Shown piece by piece: positions 15,868-24,263 of a stretch of DNA of 64,000 nt (its first letter is position 1; the number at the start of each line of letters is the position of its first letter). The notes below the pieces were generated by a model that saw nothing but the letters and a program-made list of their open reading frames with translations, did no database searches and had not been told where the DNA came from. The DNA is from Ktedonobacterales bacterium (lineage in GTDB: Bacteria; Chloroflexota; Ktedonobacteria; Ktedonobacterales; Ktedonobacteraceae): assembly GCA_038209195.1 (NCBI GenBank), contig JBBQXY010000002.1, positions 9,606 to 73,605 on the forward strand, read 5' to 3'. The position numbers and the translations under genes are program-made.

Positions 15868-18267
15868 TTATTGCGGCTCATGGTAATGGGGATGTTCATG
15901 CGAATGATCTGACCAGTGATGGTGCATATGCATATGTGGCGTGCCAGCAGGTGGCATCTCCTGCGGCGCATGGGTATGCGTTCCTTCCACGTGCCGCGGA
16001 TGGTCGTGACCATACCAGAGATTTTCGGGCTTGTAGTTTTGCACCAGCAAGCTCTCGCCATGATGCCAGCGATCACGGAAGATGTCATAGTTCTTCTTGC
16101 TCTTGGTGGCCTGCTCGTCCTCGCTCAGGCTATACCATTCTTTATGGGGGTGCTTCTCAAGCTGTTCAGCCAATTGCGGCAGCGCCAGTGCGCGATAGCC
16201 CGCGGTCTTGAAAAAGAAACTGAAGTAGATATCCATCAAACGGTAGAAGCGGAACTTCTCATCAATCGCCCCCACCTCTGGCAATAGTTCGCGCCGAAAA
16301 GCCATCAGGTACCCCTCGATAGCATCAACATCAGGGCCGGTAGACTCGCTGTAATCGCGTAGATCAGTGGTCACTAAGCCATACGGCCCGACGACACCGA
16401 CAGTGCGCTTTGCAAGTGTCTTCGCCAGTAGCTCCCAGATAGCACCTTTGACCTCAATCGAGGTATCCATCAGGACGATAAAACGTCCACGACTAGCACG
16501 CATCGTCGCGTTCCGTCCCGCCGCGAAACCCATGTTGTGATCGGCAAAAAGCACCTGGAGACCAACGCGCTGGCCGTCCACGCCGATCAACTCTCCACGG
16601 CGTGCCAATTGCTGCAAATAGGCCAGTGTTTCATCGGTCGAGCCGTTATCAATAAGCACCACTTCGAGTGCGTATTGACCAGCATGGCGACAAATGCTCT
16701 GTACACAACGTTCCAGGTCTTCTTTGCTATTATGGGCCAGCAGGTTGACAGAAAATTCATATAGGTCGGGGGCAGTCGTCTGCTCAGGCACATCAGTAGA
16801 ACTGGAGATGACGGTGAACTCCTCTTCCGGCGGTCGTGGTAAGATCAGCGAGCCGCGTTGCGTATCGCGCAGCATATAACCGGCAGCACTGAGTTCCGCG
16901 CGAATGCTGTCAGCCGGATGGTAATTCCGGTGCTGGCGCAGACCGTCTCGTTCGCGCACCTGCGTAGCAATAGGAGTTGGCACCGTCTCCAGAAATACCT
17001 GTGGGTTGGTTTTCTGCTGTGGTAGATCGCTTTGCAAGTAATTGCGCAGATCAAAGCCAAGGATACGGTCGAAATCCAGTAGCAAACGAACTTTCGTCGT
17101 GGCATCCTGGTCGGTCGAGTGCAGCATATTCCATACAATCGCCATGGCGCGGGGAATATTCAGATCATGCTCAACCTGCTCCAGAAACGCTTCCTGCCAC
17201 TGGTGGCTTTCAAAGGGCAGAGGTGAGAGTGCAAGCTCTTTATCCGCCTGGGTAAACAGTTGGTAGGCGCGTTCGCGCAGTCGTTCCAGGGAGGTCTGAG
17301 CGGACTGCAATGCGCGGAAGGTGAAGTTCAGACGGCTGCGATAGAGGGCCGTTGTATAAAAATAGCGCAGTGCAAAGGGATCAAAGCCACGGGCTTCGAT
17401 CTCCGAGCAAGTATAGGCATTACCAGTAGATTTCGCCATCTTCTGCCCATCAGCCAAGAGGTGCTGGGCATGAATCCAGTAGTTCACGAACTGATGGCCC
17501 GTAAAGCCTTCGCTCTGCGCAATCTCGTCTTCATGATGGGGAAAAATATTATCGACACCGCCTGTGTGCATGTCAAACTGCTCGCCAAGGTACTTGATCG
17601 ACATCGCACTACACTCGATGTGCCAACCCGGAAATCCACGTCCCCATGGACTATCCCATGCCATCTCGCGCCCTGGTTCGGCGGACTTCCACAGCGGGAA
17701 GTCCTCTGGATTATGGCGATCGGTATCTATCCCCTCGCGTACTCCTGCCAGCATGTTTTCAAGCTGATTGCCAGAGAGCTTCCCATAGCCAGGAAATCGT
17801 TTGATATCAAAATAGATAAAGCCATTGACCTCGTAGGCAATGCCCTTTGCCAGCAAGCCTTGAATAATCGTAATCATCTCTGGAATATGTTGTGTGGCGC
17901 GTGGAAAGATGTTCGCGGGCAAAATGTTGAGCTTGGCTTCATCCTCGTGGAATGCTTCTGTATAAAATTGCGCGATCTCTAACGAGGTTTTCCCCTCTTT
18001 GCGCGCCTGCGCCAGCATTTTATCCTCTCCGCGATCCACCACCTCCTGGCGCATATGCCCTACGTCGGTAATATTCTTGACATGCAGTACCTCGAAGCCG
18101 CGATACTCAAAGGTACGACGTATCCAGTCCGCCATCGTAAACGTGCGCAAATTGCCGATATGGATATAACGATACACGGTTGGGCCACACGAATACATGC
18201 TGATTTTGCCTGCTGTAATAGGAATAATCTCTTCGATACACCTGGTCAACGTATTGTAAATTTTCAT
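15868..18267 (-). CDS. cysS: cysteinyl-tRNA synthetase fused to a family-2 glycosyltransferase domain and a His-rich C-terminal tail
   Basis: Residues 1-478 form a complete CysRS: CGPTVY, HIGN, WHIECS, FPHHEDEIAQSE, KMAKS and the C-terminal ADSIRAELSAAGYMLRDT. Residues ~505-700 are GT2-like: VVLIDNGSTDET, HNMGFAAGRN, LMDTS. The last 66 residues contain 17 His. Confidence 0.9.
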   Translation of the reverse strand: MKIYNTLTRCIEEIIPITAGKISMYSCGPTVYRYIHIGNLRTFTMADWIRRTFEYRGFEVLHVKNITDVGHMRQEVVDRGEDKMLAQARKEGKTSLEIAQFYTEAFHEDEAKLNILPANIFPRATQHIPEMITIIQGLLAKGIAYEVNGFIYFDIKRFPGYGKLSGNQLENMLAGVREGIDTDRHNPEDFPLWKSAEPGREMAWDSPWGRGFPGWHIECSAMSIKYLGEQFDMHTGGVDNIFPHHEDEIAQSEGFTGHQFVNYWIHAQHLLADGQKMAKSTGNAYTCSEIEARGFDPFALRYFYTTALYRSRLNFTFRALQSAQTSLERLRERAYQLFTQADKELALSPLPFESHQWQEAFLEQVEHDLNIPRAMAIVWNMLHSTDQDATTKVRLLLDFDRILGFDLRNYLQSDLPQQKTNPQVFLETVPTPIATQVRERDGLRQHRNYHPADSIRAELSAAGYMLRDTQRGSLILPRPPEEEFTVISSSTDVPEQTTAPDLYEFSVNLLAHNSKEDLERCVQSICRHAGQYALEVVLIDNGSTDETLAYLQQLARRGELIGVDGQRVGLQVLFADHNMGFAAGRNATMRASRGRFIVLMDTSIEVKGAIWELLAKTLAKRTVGVVGPYGLVTTDLRDYSESTGPDVDAIEGYLMAFRRELLPEVGAIDEKFRFYRLMDIYFSFFFKTAGYRALALPQLAEQLEKHPHKEWYSLSEDEQATKSKKNYDIFRDRWHHGESLLVQNYKPENLWYGHDHPRHVEGTHTHAPQEMPPAGTPHMHMHHHWSDHSHEHPHYHEPQ

Positions 18268-18437
18268 GGTTTCGTCTATGGCCCTTCCTGGTACTCGTGC
18301 AAAGAAGTCATCTAAAATCAGCTATAGGAACATGCATTCAATTATAGTATGGTACGTGCGAATATCAGCCTTTGTCAAGAAGATACGTTATGCAACAACG
18401 CTTGGTTCATCGAAAATATTCCCTTCTATGACGCTTG

Positions 18438-18496
18438 CAATAATAAATAAAGGTAGCGCAAGAGGTCGGATGGTACCGTCCTCATTGAACTACCTT
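18438..18496 (-). terminator. candidate intrinsic terminator after yqeY-like gene
   Basis: On the minus strand, aaggtag...ctacctt encloses an inner gagg...cctc stem. A T-rich run (tatttattatt) follows. Confidence 0.4.
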
Positions 18497-18523
18497 CTTT
18501 TACCTGCTGATGATTCCGGATAT

Positions 18524-19009
18524 TTATTGAGCCAGTTCGCGCACGATCTGTTGCACACGCCCACCATTGGCACGTCCCTTGGTCTCCTTGATGGCGAGCG
18601 GCATGACGCGTTTGAAATCTTTGCCATTTTGCGCAACCAGATCTGCGACGATAGCGCGTAGCTCGTCGTCGCTGAGATGCGAACCTTGTAGGTAGGTCTG
18701 CAAGATGGCCATTTCGCGCTGCTCTTTCTCTGCTAGTTCTGGTCGTCCACCTTGCTTGTAGAAGGGGATAGCCTGTTCTCGCTTCTTAATCTCTTGCTCC
18801 ATGACATGCAAGCAATCTGCCGCAGTCAAGGGTTGTCCAAAATCACGATTTTTGCGATCAGTACGCGCCACTTCCAGGTTGTGTATAGCACCAAGGGCCA
18901 TGCGCAACGTATCCAGACGCACTTGGTCATGTGCGCGCTGGGCATCCTGGATGTCCTTACGTAGTTGTTGCTCTAAAGGGAATTCCTGTCGTGACTCTGC
19001 CATAGTCAA
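18524..19009 (-). CDS. GatB/YqeY domain protein
   Basis: It is 161 aa. The pattern LRMALGAIHNLEVA...ELAEKEQREMAILQTYL...GKDFKRVMPLAIKETKGRANG is typical of the YqeY family. Confidence 0.8.
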   Translation of the reverse strand: MTMAESRQEFPLEQQLRKDIQDAQRAHDQVRLDTLRMALGAIHNLEVARTDRKNRDFGQPLTAADCLHVMEQEIKKREQAIPFYKQGGRPELAEKEQREMAILQTYLQGSHLSDDELRAIVADLVAQNGKDFKRVMPLAIKETKGRANGGRVQQIVRELAQ

Positions 19010-19238
19010 TACTCCTCACTTGCTCAAAACGTTTGCGATATGTCAAGTATACCACAAATAGCCAGAAAAATCACCTGGGAATCTATTACAAGTAAGCGAC
19101 CACCGTAGGAAAAAGCTAAACATCCCAATAAGACAGACAAGTCGCGCAAAATGAGGTAAAATAGCTCTGGATATTTTCTCTTGCTGAAAGAACTATGAAA
19201 ATGGATACCTTTAGTCATGTCCCTTTGGAAGGATAAGT

Positions 19239-20954
19239 ATGTCGCGCTTACAAAAAATATTGCAGCGTTTTCGCGTTGGACCATATGAAATAGCGGCCAT
19301 CGCAATTATAGCCTTTACGATAGTATTTCGCATTATATTGATAGCTCTGGGCTGGCCCCAAACTGATAGCGACGAAGGCACCATGGGTCTAGCTGCTATG
19401 CACATTGCATTTCGTGGTGAGCATCCTGTGTTTCTCTATGGTCAGAACTATATGGGCATGATCGAGGCGTACGTGGGTGCCTTCCTCTTTCGCCTCTTTG
19501 GCGTCTCGCTCTTCAATCTGCGCCTCGGTATGATTCTCTTGTTCACGCTCTTTCTTGTTAGCACCTATTGCCTGACAAGCTTGCTCTATAGCAAGAAGTT
19601 GGCCCTGGTCACGCTGGCTTTGTTGAGTGTGGGTGCGAGCAACGTACTCTTGCCGGAAATGCGTGCTGTTGGTGGAGCGGTAGAAACCCTTATCTTTGGC
19701 TCCATCCTGATGCTACTCTCTTCGTGGCTGGCCTTCACCGCAGGTGGAGATGCTTTGCCGCGCAAGAGAAGACTCAGGTTGCTGGCATACGTTGGTTGGG
19801 GCTTAGCGACCGGACTGGGTCTGTGGAGCCACTTGCTCGTGCTTCCTTTCGTCTTGACGAGTGGTCTGCTCTTGCTGCTATTTTGCCTGCGCGATCTACG
19901 TTCATGGGCACCAATCTGCCTTTTCGTCGGCTTCGTGATCGGTGCCATGCCTTTAATCTACTACAACCTCACCGCACCCATTGCCCAGAACTCTCTCTCG
20001 GTCGCATTGAACATCCACAGCGCGAGTGACACGGGTCTATCGCTAGCCAAGGTTACCTTTGCTAAACAGCTCTCAGGGACACTTTTCTTTAGCATGCCAG
20101 AAGCTACCGGCATTAATTCTCTTTGTCATTTAGAACGGTTGCCGCTTTTTGGTCCACGCAGCTCGCGTGATATCGTCTGTACCGTCGTGCAAGGGGGTTG
20201 GAGCGTAGGCTATCTCGTTCTCATGGGTATCGCTGTACTGATGGCCCTAGTTGCGCTTTGGAAACTGTGGCAACTGCACCACTCTGCCAAGCAGCAATGG
20301 GGCATCGAGGAGCGGCAAAGCACGATTCTTCACACGGCACGTCTACTCTTGCTCTGTGGTGCAGCCATGACGCTGGCCCTTTTTGTACTTAGCCCTTTAG
20401 CGGCGGAGAAGCCGTGGAGTACGCGCTATCTAGTTGGGCTGCTCATCGCTACACCAGCGATCATCTGGCCGCTCTGGAACGGTTTACGCGGCAGTAACAT
20501 TGCCTCGCTCACACGATGGTCACAAAAGGCCGCTGTGGTAATAAGAGGGGGCCTACTTCTCCTGATCGGCGCGACATTCCTGTTCGGCGCTATCGGCGAT
20601 CTGAGCGAGATTCCTACCGATCAAAGCCTTCTCCAGCAGGATAAGGTACTCACTCATGATTTGATACAGCATGGCATCAAGCATATCTCCGCGGGCTACT
20701 GGGTCTGTGACCGCCTGATCTTCGCCAGCCAGGAACAGATCATCTGTAATGTTGTGGAAACATATCTAGGCGAGGGCTTAAATCGCTATACGCCCTATAT
20801 TGCTATCGTCAAAGCAGACCCTACCGCGCCGTATGTCTTTCCCCTCGGCTCCGATTTCGCTCTAGCTGCCGCCCACAATCCGTTGCTCAACAGTGCGCAC
20901 TATCATACATTCGTCTTGGATGGGTATATTGTTTACCAACCTACGAGGGCATAG
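19239..20954 (+). CDS. polytopic membrane glycosyltransferase, GT-C/ArnT/PMT_2-like (tentative)
   Basis: The 571-aa protein has more than 10 hydrophobic helices. An acidic first loop (PQTDSDEGTMG) follows TM1, as in ArnT-like enzymes. Confidence 0.6.
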   Translation: MSRLQKILQRFRVGPYEIAAIAIIAFTIVFRIILIALGWPQTDSDEGTMGLAAMHIAFRGEHPVFLYGQNYMGMIEAYVGAFLFRLFGVSLFNLRLGMILLFTLFLVSTYCLTSLLYSKKLALVTLALLSVGASNVLLPEMRAVGGAVETLIFGSILMLLSSWLAFTAGGDALPRKRRLRLLAYVGWGLATGLGLWSHLLVLPFVLTSGLLLLLFCLRDLRSWAPICLFVGFVIGAMPLIYYNLTAPIAQNSLSVALNIHSASDTGLSLAKVTFAKQLSGTLFFSMPEATGINSLCHLERLPLFGPRSSRDIVCTVVQGGWSVGYLVLMGIAVLMALVALWKLWQLHHSAKQQWGIEERQSTILHTARLLLLCGAAMTLALFVLSPLAAEKPWSTRYLVGLLIATPAIIWPLWNGLRGSNIASLTRWSQKAAVVIRGGLLLLIGATFLFGAIGDLSEIPTDQSLLQQDKVLTHDLIQHGIKHISAGYWVCDRLIFASQEQIICNVVETYLGEGLNRYTPYIAIVKADPTAPYVFPLGSDFALAAAHNPLLNSAHYHTFVLDGYIVYQPTRA

Positions 20955-20961
20955 ATTCTTC

Positions 20962-21213
20962 TTATGAAGGGAACCAGCGCACACCATCCGGTACTACTGA
21001 ATTGAGCCAGCCGCCGAAGACAGCCAGGCTCGGCTCAAGCGTGGTTGAATCCTCAAATTCCGCCGTCGGCATACTGCGTTTGATGCGTTCCAAGAACAGG
21101 GACTGCTCAATCGGGCCGAGCGACTGGCTGAACTCCAGCAGTTTGTGTGCCAACGATCCAATTTCCTGTTCACTGGCCAGTAAATATTGCGGCCCCTTAT
21201 GCTGCTCTGTCAT
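20962..21213 (-). CDS. hypothetical protein
   Basis: It is 83 aa starting from ATG 21213, with GGAG upstream. The ORF track extends to 21267. Confidence 0.45.
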   Translation of the reverse strand: MTEQHKGPQYLLASEQEIGSLAHKLLEFSQSLGPIEQSLFLERIKRSMPTAEFEDSTTLEPSLAVFGGWLNSVVPDGVRWFPS

Positions 21214-21370
21214 GCAAAAACTCCTTATTGGACAACGATAACTTCGGGTATTTTCGATAAATATCAATAGGTCATTTTTCTGGTTTGGGTGGAGTTGTTT
21301 TTTCTCTCCTTCACGGTGCTAGTACAATCATAACACAAAAATTGCTGTTGCCCAACAAGAAGATGGTATT

Positions 21371-21516
21371 TCAGACGTTTGGAGAAAAGACTGCTCGTGA
21401 GTGGACTGACGTGATGTCCTGGGTGTCATCCTGAGCGCGAGCGAAGGATCTCTGCGCCCGTTGAGCCAGATCCTTCACTGCGCTCAGGATGACTGGCCTT
21501 CTCTCCAAATGTCTGA
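21371..21516 (+). mobile_element. MITE-like miniature repeat (GTCATYCTGAG superfamily) with terminal inverted repeats
   Basis: The TIRs are tcagacgtttggagaaaag and cttctctccaaatgtctga, matching at 17 of 19 positions. A long internal hairpin spans 21425-21493 (gtcatcctgagcgc...gcgctcaggatgac). The left half is homologous to 32678-32760. GTATT occurs on both flanks. Confidence 0.7.
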
Positions 21517-21590
21517 TAGTATTTCAAGGTAGCAGTAGGGGATTGCTTCTAATTATGTATAGCACGGCTCTATGAGCCGCTTCCTAATAG

Positions 21591-21659
21591 AGATAAGCCA
21601 AATGGGAATGGAACAGGCGACCGCAACGGTCGCCTGTTCCATTCCCATTTGGCTTATCT
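21591..21659 (-). terminator. perfect 33-bp stem hairpin, CAA loop, 49 nt after the WXG100 stop
   Basis: The arms are agataagccaaatgggaatggaacaggcgaccg and cggtcgcctgttccattcccatttggcttatct, separated by the loop caa. Confidence 0.65.
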
Positions 21660-21707
21660 TGATGAGTATTCGCGACCGAGGGGGAAAGAGTCGCATTAAG
21701 AACAGAA

Positions 21708-21980
21708 CTAGGACTGATCAACCTGCTCGAAGCGGGTGGCAGTGTCTTGCAGGTGACGACCAATATCTTCACCGGCTTGTACGATGCGCTGCGTGGCTGA
21801 ACGCCATTCCTGATACAACTGCTCGTACTTCTGTCGGCTGACGCCCTGCCAGTCGCCCTCAAGCTCGTTGGTGTGGCCCTGGATTTGTGGCTCGATCTGA
21901 TTGTTGATCTGGTCATTGAGTTGGACGAAAACCTGTCCCAAATTGCGCATGAGGTCGGTATTTACGTGAATTGTGCCCAT
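21708..21980 (-). CDS. WXG100-family (EsxA-like) type VII secretion substrate
   Basis: It is 90 aa and helical, with a central W-x-G (LEGDWQGVSRQKYEQLYQEW). An AAGGAG RBS lies upstream. Confidence 0.85.
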   Translation of the reverse strand: MGTIHVNTDLMRNLGQVFVQLNDQINNQIEPQIQGHTNELEGDWQGVSRQKYEQLYQEWRSATQRIVQAGEDIGRHLQDTATRFEQVDQS

Positions 21981-22421
21981 TGTGAAACTCCTTGTATGTC
22001 AAATCATTAGAAATTTTAGAGGTTCCATTTGCCCCTATTTTGATGAGTAGCAACACTACAACGTGTGAAGAAATATTATCGCGTCCTAAGATTCTCTACT
22101 CATTTGCAGCATAAACAGGAGGTGAACACAGAAATTTGGATGTATCAATAGCACATTGAGAGAACTCTCTCCCAACTTGACAACAGATGTCAGCAATTCC
22201 ATGGTAGAATGATAGGGAAGAACAAGAGGAAACCTACTGTTTCGCCATCAAATGGCCCATAGCCACATGCCTAAAATCACCGATCCGATCCAAAGGCCGC
22301 ACGAGCTACCACCTTGCCAGGAGTAGACAGACCGTAGTAGAATATATGTGCTAACCAAATCGTACTGAGAGAGATACCAGTAATCCACACAGGCCAAAAG
22401 ACAGAAAGGCGGACATGTCGT

Positions 22422-24236
22422 ATGTCTGTCGGAGGTGTTTGCTTGTCTAACAGAGAATTTACCGTCATCAACGAATATCACTATAACCACAGCAGTCCTA
22501 TTCGTTGGATACTTTCGCATGTTTTGCGCTACAAACGCTTTATTGCCAGCTTTGCCTTAGCCTCATTGATTACAAATTCCTTCTATGCAACCGTTCCAAT
22601 CCTTACGGGGGCAGCATTCACCGCCGTGCTGCAAGGGAAGACGGGCCAGGGTCAGTTGATTCGTATTGTACTGCTCATCCTCACTGTCGTGCTCGTTGGA
22701 GGAGTCGTGGATTTGACCGCCCGTCTCTCATCTGAGATTCTGGGCAAACGCCTCGCAACCGATGCCCGCGCTGAACTCTACGCCAACTTGCTGGGCAAAA
22801 GCCAGACGTTCCACAATCGCCAGCGTGTGGGCGATATTATGGCCCGTGCGGCCAATGATATGAAGCAACTCAGCGACATGATTGTGCCAGGGGTAGATTC
22901 TGTCTTTGACTCGTTTACCAGCCTCGCTGTGACGCTCGTCTTTATTGGACTCCTCAGTCCTCAATTGCTGTTGACTCCGTTACTCTATACCGCCGTTTTT
23001 CTCGTGGCCTTGCGCTTTTACTCGCGTCAACTGGAACCTGTGTCCAATCGACTGCGTGACCAATTCGGCAAGATGAATGCTGTACTGACCGAGACGGTAG
23101 CTGGTATCGAGGTAGTGAAGGCCACGGCTCAAGAGAAACAGGAACAGGAGAAATTTGCCAGCAGTGCCAAACGCTATCGCGATTACTTCATACAAAATGG
23201 TGAGGTTCAGGCGCGCTATCTGCCAACGCTCTTACTGGTTGTCGCCTTGACTGGTGCTTTTCTGCACGCCCTCTTTCTGGTCGTGCATAACCAGCTTTCC
23301 GTGGGCAACTTGGTGGCCTACATGGGTCTGATGGGTATACTGCGCTTCCCCACCTCTATCTCGATCTGGTCACTCAACCTGGTGCAATTGGGTATCGCTG
23401 GTGCGGGTCGCATCCTCAACATCCTGCAAGAGGAAACGGAACTCGACGAGAACGAAGAGGGCTACAGTGGTGAGATGCGCGGCGACATCGTCTTTGACAA
23501 CGTCACGTTCAGCTACGGCAATACGCCCGTGTTGAAAAACATCTCCTTCCATGCCAAAGCGGGACAAACCATCGCTATTGTCGGACAGACCGGTGCTGGG
23601 AAAAGCACACTCACCAAGCTCGTGAACCGTATTTACGATGTCGACGCGGGACGTGTGCTGATTGATGGCATCGATGTACACGACTGGAGTATGGATGCCT
23701 TGCGTTCGCAGGTCTCCACCATCGAACAAGATATCTTCCTCTTTTCGCGCTCTCTCAGAGAGAATATCGCCTATGGACTCGGTCAGAAAGCGGACAGTGC
23801 GGCGATTGAACAGGCCGCGCACGATGCTCAGGCCCACGATTTCATCTTGCAGTTCAAAGATGGCTATGAGACGGTCATTGGAGAGCGCGGCGTCACCCTC
23901 TCCGGTGGTCAACGGCAGCGCATTGCCATCGCCCGTGCGCTCCTCACTGACCCACGCATTCTTATCCTGGATGACTCGACAAGCGCCATCGACAGCGCGA
24001 CCGAGGATGAAATTCAGAAAGCCATCCGCCGCCTGTTGCAGGGACGCACCACACTGCTCATCACCCATCGCCTTTCACAGATACGGTGGGCCGATTCCAT
24101 TCTGGTCTTGAAGCGCGGAGAGCTGATCGACCAGGGTACACACGAAGAACTGCTGCACCGCTGTGATGTGTATCGGCGCATCTTCACCCACTATGAACCA
24201 GCTACTTCCATTGCCTCCACTGGCAGTGAGCAATAG
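22422..24236 (+). CDS. ABC exporter, fused permease/ATPase (half-transporter 1 of a heterodimer)
   Basis: An N-terminal 6-TM domain is followed by Walker A (GQTGAGKST), the ABC signature (LSGGQRQR) and Walker B (ILILDD). Confidence 0.9.
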   Translation: MSVGGVCLSNREFTVINEYHYNHSSPIRWILSHVLRYKRFIASFALASLITNSFYATVPILTGAAFTAVLQGKTGQGQLIRIVLLILTVVLVGGVVDLTARLSSEILGKRLATDARAELYANLLGKSQTFHNRQRVGDIMARAANDMKQLSDMIVPGVDSVFDSFTSLAVTLVFIGLLSPQLLLTPLLYTAVFLVALRFYSRQLEPVSNRLRDQFGKMNAVLTETVAGIEVVKATAQEKQEQEKFASSAKRYRDYFIQNGEVQARYLPTLLLVVALTGAFLHALFLVVHNQLSVGNLVAYMGLMGILRFPTSISIWSLNLVQLGIAGAGRILNILQEETELDENEEGYSGEMRGDIVFDNVTFSYGNTPVLKNISFHAKAGQTIAIVGQTGAGKSTLTKLVNRIYDVDAGRVLIDGIDVHDWSMDALRSQVSTIEQDIFLFSRSLRENIAYGLGQKADSAAIEQAAHDAQAHDFILQFKDGYETVIGERGVTLSGGQRQRIAIARALLTDPRILILDDSTSAIDSATEDEIQKAIRRLLQGRTTLLITHRLSQIRWADSILVLKRGELIDQGTHEELLHRCDVYRRIFTHYEPATSIASTGSEQ

Positions 24237-24263
24237 CACTCATGAGAAGGAGAACAATACCCC

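Noticed and set aside
15849-16088. N-terminal 80 codons of track ORF 14235..16088, overlapping the 3' end of cysS
   Set aside because: This part lies in an alternative frame of the His-rich cysS tail and has an odd composition. A proper ATG with an RBS at 15848 begins the recognisable ThuA-like domain 20 nt after the cysS stop.
18268-18523. Possible T-box or other leader riboswitch upstream of cysS (GGTACC-containing hairpin)
   Set aside because: On the minus strand the element reads ..GAGGACGGTACCATCC.. and lacks the T-box consensus (AGGGUGGUACCGCG with a UGGN bulge) and a specifier-loop context. It fits better as the terminator of the upstream yqeY-like gene.
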